Shown one piece after another: positions 27,831 to 36,900 of a stretch of DNA of 64,000 nucleotides. Under the pieces are notes generated by a model. The model was given only the letters and a program-made list of their open reading frames with translations, was not told the origin of the DNA and did no database searches. The position numbers and the translations under genes were made by a program. The stretch's first letter is position 1; every line of letters starts with the position of its first letter. The stretch spans positions 11,804-75,803 of the forward strand of contig CAIKVT010000024.1 of assembly GCA_903830945.1 (NCBI GenBank), given 5' to 3'. The DNA is from an uncultured Elusimicrobia bacterium (GTDB taxonomy: Bacteria; Elusimicrobiota; Elusimicrobia; UBA1565; UBA9628).

Positions 27831-29105
27831 TTGAGTCGCTCGCAGCGGCCCGTCATTGAGCTCATCTGCGTCGGCACCGAGCTCCTCGACGGCCATGCCG
27901 ATTCGCATCGCGCCGCGCTGGCCCTGCGCCTGGGCGCGGCGGGCCTGCGCCTCTCCCGCGAGGCCATCCTACTCGACGATGCCGACGCCCTGGCCGGCGT
28001 GGTGCGCGCGGCGCTGCGGCGCTGCGACGCGCTGATCGTGTGCGGAGGACTCGGCCCGACCTTCGATGACCTGACCCGCGAGGCCGTGGCCCGAGCCCTA
28101 GGCCGCGACCTCGTCTTCTCGCCCCGACTCTACGCCGACATCCGCCGCAAGTTCGCCCGATGGGGGACGAGGCGACCCCGGGAGAACCGGCGCCAGGCCT
28201 TCCTCGTGCGCGGAGCCGCGGCACTGGCCAACCGAGTCGGCTCGGCCCCCGGACAGATCATCGTCCTACCGCGTCCCAATGATTCGCCGCAGACCGTGGC
28301 GTTGCTGCCAGGCCCGCCCCGCGAGATGGTCCCCTTGCTGGAATCCGAGGTCATGCCGCGCCTGCGGCGGGCCTACGGGCGTGGGCTGCACGCCGCGACC
28401 CTCGACCTCCACCTCTGCGGCCTGCCCGAATCCGCCGCGGACGAACGCCTCAAGCCCCTCACGAGACAGGCCGGGCCCGAGCTCGATTTCACCATCCTCG
28501 CCCACCCCGGCCAAGTGGATTTTCACGCCTTCGCGCGCTGCGCCAGCGCGCGCCGGGCGCGCGAACTCATCGCGCGCTGCAGGCGCCAAGCCTTGCGCCT
28601 GCTCGCCGGCCACGTCGTAGGCGATGGCTCCATGACCCTGGAATCTGCCGTGGGCAGACTCCTGCGACGCCGCCGGTTGACCTTGGCCGCGGCAGAATCA
28701 TGCACCGCGGGACTGCTCTGTGGCCGCCTGACCTCGGTGCCCGGAAGTTCCTCCTATTTCCGGGGCGGAGTCTTGGCCTATCACGACGCGGTCAAGCGCG
28801 GCCTACTCGGCGTCAAAGCCGAGACCTTGGCCCGACCAGGCGCGGTCTCGGCCGCCTGCGCCCGGGAAATGGCGGAGCGCGCCCGCCGCCTCATCGGCGC
28901 AGACGTCGGTGTCTCGATCACGGGCCTCGCCGGCCCCGGAGGAGGCACCGCCCGCAAGCCCGCAGGACTGGTTTTCACCGCCGTCGCCGGGCCGGGCGCC
29001 ATGGTCGCGGTGCGCCGCTGGCAATTCCCAGGAGACCGGGAGGCCGTACGACAGAAGGCCGTGGCTGCGGCCCTGTGCCTGCTCTGGACCAGACTGCGCC
29101 CATGA
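27831..29105 (+). CDS. cinA: CinA-family protein (molybdopterin-binding-like domain plus NMN deamidase PncC domain)
   Basis: VGTELL.G, GGLGPTFDDLT, GSAPG, LPGPP.EM, AESCTAG, SITGLAGPGG. TTG start with SD AAGGTGAGG. Confidence 0.92.
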   Translation: MSRSQRPVIELICVGTELLDGHADSHRAALALRLGAAGLRLSREAILLDDADALAGVVRAALRRCDALIVCGGLGPTFDDLTREAVARALGRDLVFSPRLYADIRRKFARWGTRRPRENRRQAFLVRGAAALANRVGSAPGQIIVLPRPNDSPQTVALLPGPPREMVPLLESEVMPRLRRAYGRGLHAATLDLHLCGLPESAADERLKPLTRQAGPELDFTILAHPGQVDFHAFARCASARRARELIARCRRQALRLLAGHVVGDGSMTLESAVGRLLRRRRLTLAAAESCTAGLLCGRLTSVPGSSSYFRGGVLAYHDAVKRGLLGVKAETLARPGAVSAACAREMAERARRLIGADVGVSITGLAGPGGGTARKPAGLVFTAVAGPGAMVAVRRWQFPGDREAVRQKAVAAALCLLWTRLRP

Positions 29106-31504
29106 AAACCAAACCCAAGGCGAAGAAGTCCTCCGCAAATCCGTCAGGACGGCGTCGCATCCGCGCCGCCGCAACCCCGACGTTGGAGACTTTCGAATCG
29201 TTCATCTCGCAAGCGCCGCTCATCATCTTCGGCCTCGACGCGCAAGGGCGCTTCACTTTCTCCACGGGCCGCGGGCTCGTCGCACTGGGCCTGTCGCCTG
29301 GTGAAGTGATCGGTCGCTCGGCCCTGGAGATGTACCAGAAGGCGCCCGACGTGCTGGCGGACCTGCGCCGGGCCCTGAAAGGGGAGGACTTCTCATCAGT
29401 AGTGCCGGTCGGCCAGCTCTGGTTCGAGACCTTCTACCGCCCCGTCTTCAACGCGGCCGGCAAGCTCAAGGCGGTCATGGGCCTAGCCCTGGATGTCACG
29501 GCGCGCCAGCGCTCAGGAAAGAAAGCGGCAGAAGAAGTACGCGCCTCACAGGAGATGCTGAGACTCGTCCTGGACAACATCCCCCAGCGGGTCTTCTGGA
29601 AGGACCGGCGCTCGGTCTACGTCGGCTGCAACAAGGCTTTCGCCAGGGACACCGGCTACAACGACCCCAAAGAACTCATCGGCAAGGATGATTTCTCGAT
29701 GGCTTCGGCCGCCACCGCCGACCGAGATCGCGCCGAGGACTCACAGGTGATGGAGACGGGCCTGCCCAAACTCAATTTCGAAGAGCCTCACATCCGCCAG
29801 GACGGCAGCCAGAGAGTCCTGCGGACCCACAAGATCCCGCTGCGCGACAAAGACGGCCAAGTGATCGGCGTGCTGGGCACCTACGACGACATCACGGAGC
29901 TTAAGAACGCGGAGCGCGCCCTGCGCCTGATGCATTTCGCCATGGAGCACGCCACGGATGCGGTCTTGTGGGCCGGCGAGGGCGCCCGCATCCGCTACGC
30001 CAATCCCGCCGCTTGCCGCCATCTGGGCTACAGCGGGGAGGAGCTGCTCAAGCTGACTATGCCGGACATCGATCCGGATATCTCGCTGGAACAATGGCAG
30101 GCACAGTGGCAGAGACTGCAAAAAGAAGGCTCCCTCCATTTGGAGTCCCGGCATCGCGCCAAGGACGGCCGCCTCATGCCCGTGGAGATAACCATCAACC
30201 ACATCCGGTTCGAGGGCGAGGAGATCGACGTCTCCTATAGCCGCGACATCTCCGAACGCAAGCGCGCCGATGTGGAGCGCGCCCGCCTGCTCGAATTAGA
30301 GCAGACGGGCCGCGTCAACGCCGAGACCGCCAGTCGGGCCAAGGACGAGTTCCTGGCCATCGTATCCCACGAGCTGCGCACGCCCATGACCGCGATCCTG
30401 GGCTGGACCTGGTTGCTGCGCTCGGAAGACCTGAGCCCGCGCGAGCGCCAGCACGCCCTGGAAGTCATCGAGCACAACATGCAGCTCCAGAAGCAGATCA
30501 TCGAGGATCTCCTCGACATCTCCAGCCTGGTGCGCAAACGACTGACCCTGCACAAGCAGATCGTGGACCTCGGCGGAATCGTGACGGAAGCGGCGTCCGG
30601 ATGCCAAGCCACAGCCCAGGCAAAGTCCCTGCGCTTGGTCTGCGAGCCGCAGATGGGGCTCTCAGTCGACGCCGACCCACAGAGGCTGCGGCAGATCTTC
30701 TGGAACCTCATCTCCAACGCCGTCAAGTTCACCCCGAAAGATGGAACGGTGACGGTGCTGCTCCGCCAGGAGGCGCAACAGGCTCTGGTCTCGATCGAGG
30801 ACATGGGCCCCGGCATCAACCCGGATTTCTATCCCTACCTCTTTAAATTATTCCGGCAGCAGGAGGAATCCCTGACCCGGATGCATCGGGGCCTAGGGCT
30901 GGGGCTGGCCATCACTAAGCATCTGGTCGAACTCCACGGCGGGACGATTTCAGTCGAGCCGCCCGCTCCGGGTCGCGGATCGAAATTCTCCGTCACCCTG
31001 CCGCTAGCCGTACCGCAAGGCGAGAGTGCCGCCGCTCTCGCGAGTGCGGCGGAGGCCGCGCTCGATTTTCCCCGGCTCCTACATGGCGTGCGCATCCTGG
31101 TCGTAGACGACGACCAAGAAACCCTCGACATGCTGATCTCGGCGCTGTCCCACTGCGGCGCCAAGGCCCGGGGCGCCGCCACAGCCGCGGAGGGCTTCGC
31201 GCTCTTCACACAGGACCAGCCCGACGTGCTCATCTCCGACATCGCCATGCCCGACGAAGACGGCTATAGCCTGATCCGCCGCATCCGAGCCCTGAGACCC
31301 GACCAAGGAGGACAGGTCCCGGCCGCGGCCTTGACGGCCTATGCCTCCTCCGAGGACCGCACCAAAGCCCTGCGCGCCGGGTTCCATATATACCTCCCCA
31401 AGCCGGTGGATCCGGCCGAGCTGATCACGGTCGTGCACACCTTGACAAAAATCCCCGGCACCTCGGCCAAACCGCGCCGCGGCAAACCCGACCGGGACAC
31501 TTGA
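29102..31504 (+). CDS. Cytoplasmic hybrid kinase (3x PAS-HisKA-HATPase-REC)
   Basis: Three PAS/PAC units, AKDEFLAIVSHELRTPM, NAVKFT, GLGLGLAI, ILVVDD, SDIAMP, KP. ATGA overlap with cinA. Confidence 0.93.
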   Translation: MKTKPKAKKSSANPSGRRRIRAAATPTLETFESFISQAPLIIFGLDAQGRFTFSTGRGLVALGLSPGEVIGRSALEMYQKAPDVLADLRRALKGEDFSSVVPVGQLWFETFYRPVFNAAGKLKAVMGLALDVTARQRSGKKAAEEVRASQEMLRLVLDNIPQRVFWKDRRSVYVGCNKAFARDTGYNDPKELIGKDDFSMASAATADRDRAEDSQVMETGLPKLNFEEPHIRQDGSQRVLRTHKIPLRDKDGQVIGVLGTYDDITELKNAERALRLMHFAMEHATDAVLWAGEGARIRYANPAACRHLGYSGEELLKLTMPDIDPDISLEQWQAQWQRLQKEGSLHLESRHRAKDGRLMPVEITINHIRFEGEEIDVSYSRDISERKRADVERARLLELEQTGRVNAETASRAKDEFLAIVSHELRTPMTAILGWTWLLRSEDLSPRERQHALEVIEHNMQLQKQIIEDLLDISSLVRKRLTLHKQIVDLGGIVTEAASGCQATAQAKSLRLVCEPQMGLSVDADPQRLRQIFWNLISNAVKFTPKDGTVTVLLRQEAQQALVSIEDMGPGINPDFYPYLFKLFRQQEESLTRMHRGLGLGLAITKHLVELHGGTISVEPPAPGRGSKFSVTLPLAVPQGESAAALASAAEAALDFPRLLHGVRILVVDDDQETLDMLISALSHCGAKARGAATAAEGFALFTQDQPDVLISDIAMPDEDGYSLIRRIRALRPDQGGQVPAAALTAYASSEDRTKALRAGFHIYLPKPVDPAELITVVHTLTKIPGTSAKPRRGKPDRDT

Positions 31505-31529
31505 CAGGAGCCGGGCCCGAAGCCACAAT
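31501..31529 (+). promoter_or_regulatory. sigma70-type promoter (leaderless geometry)
   Basis: TTGACA-N17-CACAAT-N6-ATG(31536). Confidence 0.65.
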
Positions 31530-31535
31530 ATCCCC

Positions 31536-33170
31536 ATGAGGGCCCCCACGCTCATGACCCGCCCTTGGCTGACCCTTCTCCCGCTGCTCCTCTGCCTCCC
31601 GGCCGGGGCGACACAGAGCTCCGGCGCTCCGGCGTCGGATGCGACTCGGCAGCAATTCCTGAGCCATCGGCCGGGAGAACCGCTGCTCGACGCGGCCGCC
31701 TTCCCGCTGGCTCGACAAGTCGAAGAGGGCTGCGAGCTTCCGTGTGCGTCTCCGGCCGAGACCATCGCCTACCTCAAGAAAGTTATGGACGCGGCAACGG
31801 AGCTGAGCCTATCCGCGGCCGAATCGACCGCCGCCACGGTGCACTATGCGCCGCAAGGCGTCCCGCGCAAGAAGAGCTCGGCCGAAGCGGGGACGACGAG
31901 CTTGGCTGGGGCCAAGCTGCGGCCGGACCTGAGCACTCGCCTTGACGCCAGAGCCTGGGACATAGCGACGGGCCTGGGGCTGGCGCGCTTCACTGCGGCC
32001 GAGGGAAGTATCGTGGGAGAGGACAACCGCTCTCCACTTCCAAAAGGGGCGGCCGCCCTCGACGTTCCGGTCCTCCGGGCCGCGCGTAAGGAAAGCGCCA
32101 TCACGCGGTCTTCGCCCCCTGCCTTACAAGCAGGGGCCACTCCTATCGACCCAGCCACGATCGACAGCAGATTGGGGAAGAGCTTCAATGCCGATATAGC
32201 CAAATACCCCACGGGAGCCGCTGTCCTGCGCGCCGTAGGCCAGCCGCCAGAACTCGTGATCAAAAAGATGGCCTCCCACGGCACCACCGCGGTTCACAGC
32301 GGCAAGGGCTCCCACGAGCAGATTGCGATCAACGCCGACCTCGTCGCGGACATCGTCAGGCGCCTCGATCCTGGCGCCGCCAAAGTGAGCGACCTCGCCA
32401 ATCCCGCCGAGCTGCGCCGCTACTTGGCCGCGCATCCGGCGCTGCTGCCGAAAGTGGCCGACGCCATGGACGCGTCCTACGTCCACGAGATGACCCACGC
32501 GGCCCAATACCGCCGCAACGGCACCGGCTGGCTCAACGACTGGAAGAGCGGCTGGGTGGATATCTTCAACCGCGGCAAATACCCCGTTGAGATGGAATGG
32601 GATGCCTTCGGCACGCAGAACCGATTCTTTCATGAGAAGGCCAAAGCCGATCCCTCCGTACTGCGCCTGAACGGACCTTTCCCCGACGACGTGATGGAGT
32701 ACACCGACTACATCGACAACCTCACCAAATACCGTCGGGACAAGATCGCCCTCTACCAGGGAGAAGTCGACACGCTCGACAAGCTGCGCCTGCACAGCCG
32801 GGAAGAGAAGGGCTATTATCAGGCCGCGCTGGCCCGGGAGCAGAAGCAGTGGCCCAGACGCAGCGTCGAGGGCTTCACCCTCATGGCCCGCGGCTATAAC
32901 AGTCAGAACCTCCCGACCATGGGCCTGCCAAGTCTGCGGGCCGCCATCGACCGGGCCGCGCAGGGAAAGTTCCTGGAAGATATGCGCCCGGACCTGACCG
33001 CGGCATTCAAGGAGGCGCTCTCCGGCATCGAGGCGCGCCTGGCCAAGGCCGAAGCGGACCAAAAGCCCTGGACCATCGGAGGATTGAGCATCACGCTCAT
33101 CAAGTCCCTGAGCGCTGATCTCAAGGCCCCATTGCCGCCCCGCGTAGCGAAAGCCGTGAGCAAAAGATGA
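31536..33170 (+). CDS. Secreted hypothetical protein with an HExxH zinc-metallopeptidase motif
   Basis: Signal peptide; YVHEMTHAAQ followed by EMEWDAF (candidate third ligand). Confidence 0.7.
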   Translation: MRAPTLMTRPWLTLLPLLLCLPAGATQSSGAPASDATRQQFLSHRPGEPLLDAAAFPLARQVEEGCELPCASPAETIAYLKKVMDAATELSLSAAESTAATVHYAPQGVPRKKSSAEAGTTSLAGAKLRPDLSTRLDARAWDIATGLGLARFTAAEGSIVGEDNRSPLPKGAAALDVPVLRAARKESAITRSSPPALQAGATPIDPATIDSRLGKSFNADIAKYPTGAAVLRAVGQPPELVIKKMASHGTTAVHSGKGSHEQIAINADLVADIVRRLDPGAAKVSDLANPAELRRYLAAHPALLPKVADAMDASYVHEMTHAAQYRRNGTGWLNDWKSGWVDIFNRGKYPVEMEWDAFGTQNRFFHEKAKADPSVLRLNGPFPDDVMEYTDYIDNLTKYRRDKIALYQGEVDTLDKLRLHSREEKGYYQAALAREQKQWPRRSVEGFTLMARGYNSQNLPTMGLPSLRAAIDRAAQGKFLEDMRPDLTAAFKEALSGIEARLAKAEADQKPWTIGGLSITLIKSLSADLKAPLPPRVAKAVSKR

Positions 33171-33706
33171 ACCGGGTCCTGCCTGCGTCGCTGCTGGCCG
33201 CAATCCTTGCAGGGTGCGCCATGAAGACCGAAAAATTCGTCGCCTACACCTACGCCCCGGCCCGCTTCACGGCCGAGGTCCCTTCGGATTGGACGGTCAT
33301 ACCTAACCCGGCCGGCGACACACCCGGCACGCAGTTCCTCTCGCCAAAACCCAGCGGAGCCAGGGCCGTGCGTCCCTACATCTCGGTCGACTTCTACACG
33401 ACCGACAACGCGCGCTACGCATCTCTCGCCGCCTGCCTCGTCGAAGGCACCCGGGAGCAGCCCGGCCGATCGCACGGCCCGATCGCGGCTATCCAGGTCG
33501 GCTCCTTGACGGGCCAAGAGTATACGCTGATTAGACCCCTGCCGCAAACCCCGCAATCCGCGCCCAAAGGCCGCCTCTCCGAACGCACCGTCCTGCTTTC
33601 GGTTGAGGACGGTTTTTATGAGCTCTGTTTTACGGCCCCAGAAGAGAGCACTGCCGCGCATGCGGAAGCCTTCAATCGTTTCCTGGAAACCTTCCGCCGC
33701 CAGTAG
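33167..33706 (+). CDS. Lipoprotein, possible PsbP/DcrB-like fold
   Basis: LAGC lipobox, FTAEVPSDW, YELCFTAP..F..FL.TF. ATGA overlap with the upstream gene. Confidence 0.65.
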   Translation: MNRVLPASLLAAILAGCAMKTEKFVAYTYAPARFTAEVPSDWTVIPNPAGDTPGTQFLSPKPSGARAVRPYISVDFYTTDNARYASLAACLVEGTREQPGRSHGPIAAIQVGSLTGQEYTLIRPLPQTPQSAPKGRLSERTVLLSVEDGFYELCFTAPEESTAAHAEAFNRFLETFRRQ

Positions 33707-33721
33707 CCTCCGCCCGTTTCA

Positions 33722-33751
33722 TTGACACCCTCGACGAATAACTCCTATAAT
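33722..33751 (+). promoter_or_regulatory. Consensus promoter of rpsO-pnp (leaderless geometry)
   Basis: TTGACA-N18-TATAAT-N6-ATG(33758). Confidence 0.8.
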
Positions 33752-33757
33752 TCTCAC

Positions 33758-34024
33758 ATGATAACGAAAGAGAATAAAATTGATATCGTGAAGAAATACT
33801 CCAAAAAGAGTGGCGACACGGGCAGCCCCCAGGTCCAGGTGGCATTACTGACCGAGCGCATCAAGAGCATCTCTTCCCACCTTAAAGAGAACAAGAAGGA
33901 TTACGCCACCCAAACCGGCCTCCTGAATTTGGTTGGACAGCGCCGCCGGCTTCTCGACTACCTTAAAAAGAAGGACTTGACCGCCTACGGCACCTTAGTC
34001 AAGCAGCTCGACCTGAGGAAATAG
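33758..34024 (+). CDS. rpsO: 30S ribosomal protein S15
   Basis: DTGSPQVQVALLTERI, GQRRRLLDYL, LDLRK. Confidence 0.98.
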   Translation: MITKENKIDIVKKYSKKSGDTGSPQVQVALLTERIKSISSHLKENKKDYATQTGLLNLVGQRRRLLDYLKKKDLTAYGTLVKQLDLRK

Positions 34025-34026
34025 CC

Positions 34027-36246
34027 ATGAGCGACTCCATCCAGAAGATCAGCCTGCAGGAGACTGTAGGCGGAAAGACCATCACGCTGCAGACCGGGAC
34101 CATCGCCAAGCAGGCGGGCGGCTCCGTGACCGCGCACCTGGGCGACACAGTCACCCTTTCGGCGGCAACGGCCGCCTGGACCGCGAAGACCGGGGACTTT
34201 GTCCCGCTGACCTCCGAGTACAGGGAGCGAACCTACGCCGCGGGCCGCATCCCCGGCGGCTTCTTCAAGCGCGAGACCCGGCCCCGCGAAAAAGAGACCT
34301 TGACCGCGCGCCAGATCGACCGGCCCATCCGGCCGCTCTTCCCCAAGTCCTGGCGCTTCGAAACCATGGTGCACACCTTGGTCCTTTCCACGGACCTCCA
34401 GAACGACGCCGACGTGGTGGCCATCAACGGCGCCTCGGCGGCGCTCATGCTCTCCGACATCCCTTGGGCCGGGCCGGTCGCCGCCGTGCGCATCGCCCGG
34501 ATCAACGGCGAGCTGGTGCTCTTCCCGACATTCGAGGAACGCGACACCGCGGAGATGGAACTCGTAGTGGCGGGCAAAAAAGGCGCGCTGCTGATGGTCG
34601 AAGGCAGCGCCAAAGAGGTCCCCGAAGAAGTCTTCACACAAGCCCTGGAAACGGCTTCCGCCGCCATCGAGAAGCTCTGCGACCTCCAGCTCAAGCTGGT
34701 CGCGGCCAGCGAAGCCGCCGGGCGCAAGATCGTCAAGCGCGAGATCGTCAAGGTGGAGCGGCCGGCCGCCGTGGTCGAATTCGTCACCAGGAAGATCCAT
34801 GACGGGATCGTCGCGGTTTTGCATGCCAAGCATCCCACCAAGGAGACCTTCTCCGCCGCCGTCGATGCGGTCTGGGAGCCCGTGGTCGCAGAACTTCAAG
34901 CCATCACAGACCCGGCCTCGCCTCTCTTCGCAGGCCAGGCCCACGTCTCGGCCATCGCCGATGACATCCTGCACAAAGAAGGCCGCCGCGTCATCGTAGA
35001 GGAAGGCCTGCGGCCCGACGGCCGCAAGTTCGACGAGATCCGGCAGATCACCATCGACATGGGCGTCTTGCCGCGCGTGCACGGCTCGGTGCTCTTCACC
35101 CGCGGCCAGACCCAGGCTTTGGTCACCGCGACCTTAGGCACCCCGGGCGACATGCAGGTCATGGACGAGTTGGAAGGCGAATACAAGGAGCGCTTCCTGC
35201 TGCATTATAACTTCCCAGGCTTCTCGGTCGGAGAATGCAAACCCGAACGCGGCCCAGGACGCCGCGAGATCGGCCACGGCGCGTTGGCCCGCCGGTCGCT
35301 CGCGGTCCTGCTGCCCGATGCGGAGCAGTTCTCCTACACCATCCGCCTGGTCTCGGAGATCCTGGAATCAAACGGCTCCTCCTCCATGGCCTCGGTCTGC
35401 GGCGGATCCTTGGCGCTCTTTGACGCAGGCGTGCCCATGAAGGCCGCCTGCGCCGGCATCGCCATGGGCCTGGTGCTCGAAGGCGAGAAGTACGCCATCC
35501 TGACCGATATCGCTGGCCTCGAAGACCACAACGGCGACCTCGACTTCAAGGTGGCCGGCACGACCAAGGGAATCACGGGCTTTCAAATGGACATGAAAGT
35601 CGAGGGCCTTAAGCTCTCCATCCTCAAGGAAGCCCTGGAGCAGGCCCGCCGCGGCCGACTCTTCATCCTCGACAAGATGAACGCCGCCCTCGCCGAGCCG
35701 CGCAAAGAACTCTCCGTCTACGCCCCGAGGCTGCTGCGCTTGCAGATTCCGGTGTCCAAGATCGGGGCGCTCATCGGCCCCGGCGGCAAGAACATCCGCC
35801 GCATGATCGAGACCTACGGGGTCGAGATCGACGTTGAGGACGACGGCTCGGTCTTCATCGGAGGCGTGGAAGCTGACGGCTGCGCCAAGGCCCAGGCCGA
35901 AGTCGAGGCCTTGACCCTGGAGGCCGAGGTGGGCAAGATCTACAAGGGACGCGTGGTCTCCATCAAGGAGTTCGGCGCCTTCGTGGAGATCTTCCCGGGC
36001 AAAGAAGGGCTCCTGCACATCTCCCAGATCGACGTCAAACGCGTCGCCCGCGTGGAAGACGCGCTCCATGAGGGCGATGAGGTCGAGGTCAAGTGCCTCG
36101 AGGTCGACAGCGACGGCAAGATCCGGCTCTCGCGCAAGGCCGTGATCTCGCCGGGATCCGAAGGGACCTTGGAGCCGCGTCCGCCGCGCCGCGACGGCCC
36201 CGGCGGCCGACCGCGGCAGCGTGAAGGCGGCGGGAGGCGGCGCTAA
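34027..36246 (+). CDS. pnp: Polyribonucleotide nucleotidyltransferase
   Basis: IPGGFFKRE, RREIGHG, ESNGSSSMAS, TDI.G.ED..GD.DFKVAG, KH and S1 domains. Confidence 0.98.
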   Translation: MSDSIQKISLQETVGGKTITLQTGTIAKQAGGSVTAHLGDTVTLSAATAAWTAKTGDFVPLTSEYRERTYAAGRIPGGFFKRETRPREKETLTARQIDRPIRPLFPKSWRFETMVHTLVLSTDLQNDADVVAINGASAALMLSDIPWAGPVAAVRIARINGELVLFPTFEERDTAEMELVVAGKKGALLMVEGSAKEVPEEVFTQALETASAAIEKLCDLQLKLVAASEAAGRKIVKREIVKVERPAAVVEFVTRKIHDGIVAVLHAKHPTKETFSAAVDAVWEPVVAELQAITDPASPLFAGQAHVSAIADDILHKEGRRVIVEEGLRPDGRKFDEIRQITIDMGVLPRVHGSVLFTRGQTQALVTATLGTPGDMQVMDELEGEYKERFLLHYNFPGFSVGECKPERGPGRREIGHGALARRSLAVLLPDAEQFSYTIRLVSEILESNGSSSMASVCGGSLALFDAGVPMKAACAGIAMGLVLEGEKYAILTDIAGLEDHNGDLDFKVAGTTKGITGFQMDMKVEGLKLSILKEALEQARRGRLFILDKMNAALAEPRKELSVYAPRLLRLQIPVSKIGALIGPGGKNIRRMIETYGVEIDVEDDGSVFIGGVEADGCAKAQAEVEALTLEAEVGKIYKGRVVSIKEFGAFVEIFPGKEGLLHISQIDVKRVARVEDALHEGDEVEVKCLEVDSDGKIRLSRKAVISPGSEGTLEPRPPRRDGPGGRPRQREGGGRRR

Positions 36247-36251
36247 GTCCC

Positions 36252-36821
36252 ATGGAAGCCAAGGACACCGGCCGTCAGGAAATCCGTCCGGCCGGTGCCT
36301 GCGGAACTTCCAATACCGCAGGCACCACTGCCAAGAATGACCCCCACGACGGAGTCCTGCCCAAGCTCAAGGAGGTCTACGGCTTCATGACCGAGCACAA
36401 CCTCGAGACGATCGAGGTGGAGGAGCCGGGATTGAAGCTCCGTCTGGTGCGGCGCGCGGCCCCGGCTCCGGCGCAGGTGCCTGTGCCCATATTCGTAGGA
36501 GGAGCGGCGCAACTCCAGGCCCCTTCCGGCGAGGGGAGGGCGACAAGCGCCTCCGGAGGCGACGGACCCATGCCCGTCGGCTGCGTGGCGGTCAAATCCA
36601 GCATGATGGGTATCTTCTACCGGGCCCCCACTCCGTCGAGCCCGCCCTTTGCCAAGGACGGCGACAGCGTCAAACCCGGCCAAGTTTTATGCATCATCGA
36701 GGCCATGAAGGTGTTCAACGAACTCAAGGCGGAGTTCGCCGGCACCGTGGTCAAGGCCCTGGCGGAGAACGGCAAGCCGGTCAAGGCCGGCCAGGACATC
36801 TTCTGGATCCAGCGGACGTGA
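36252..36821 (+). CDS. accB: Biotin carboxyl carrier protein
   Basis: GIFYRAPTP, CIIEAMKVFNE biotinylation motif. Confidence 0.92.
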   Translation: MEAKDTGRQEIRPAGACGTSNTAGTTAKNDPHDGVLPKLKEVYGFMTEHNLETIEVEEPGLKLRLVRRAAPAPAQVPVPIFVGGAAQLQAPSGEGRATSASGGDGPMPVGCVAVKSSMMGIFYRAPTPSSPPFAKDGDSVKPGQVLCIIEAMKVFNELKAEFAGTVVKALAENGKPVKAGQDIFWIQRT

Positions 36822-36822
36822 C

Positions 36823-36862
36823 GCACATGACGGCCAAGGCAAATCCTTATGGCCGTCAGTGC
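36823..36862 (+). other. Strong intergenic hairpin without a U-tract
   Basis: GCAC-a-TGACGGCCA-AGG-caaat-CCT-ta-TGGCCGTCA-GTGC. Confidence 0.6.
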
Positions 36863-36900
36863 CATCGCGCTATCGCGCTCAGGCTCATGCCGGCGTCTCC

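Noticed and set aside
36823-36862. c-di-GMP riboswitch (GGCAAA seen) or Rho-independent terminator
   Set aside because: Lacks the GNRA-loop/second-stem architecture of the riboswitch and has no U-tract.
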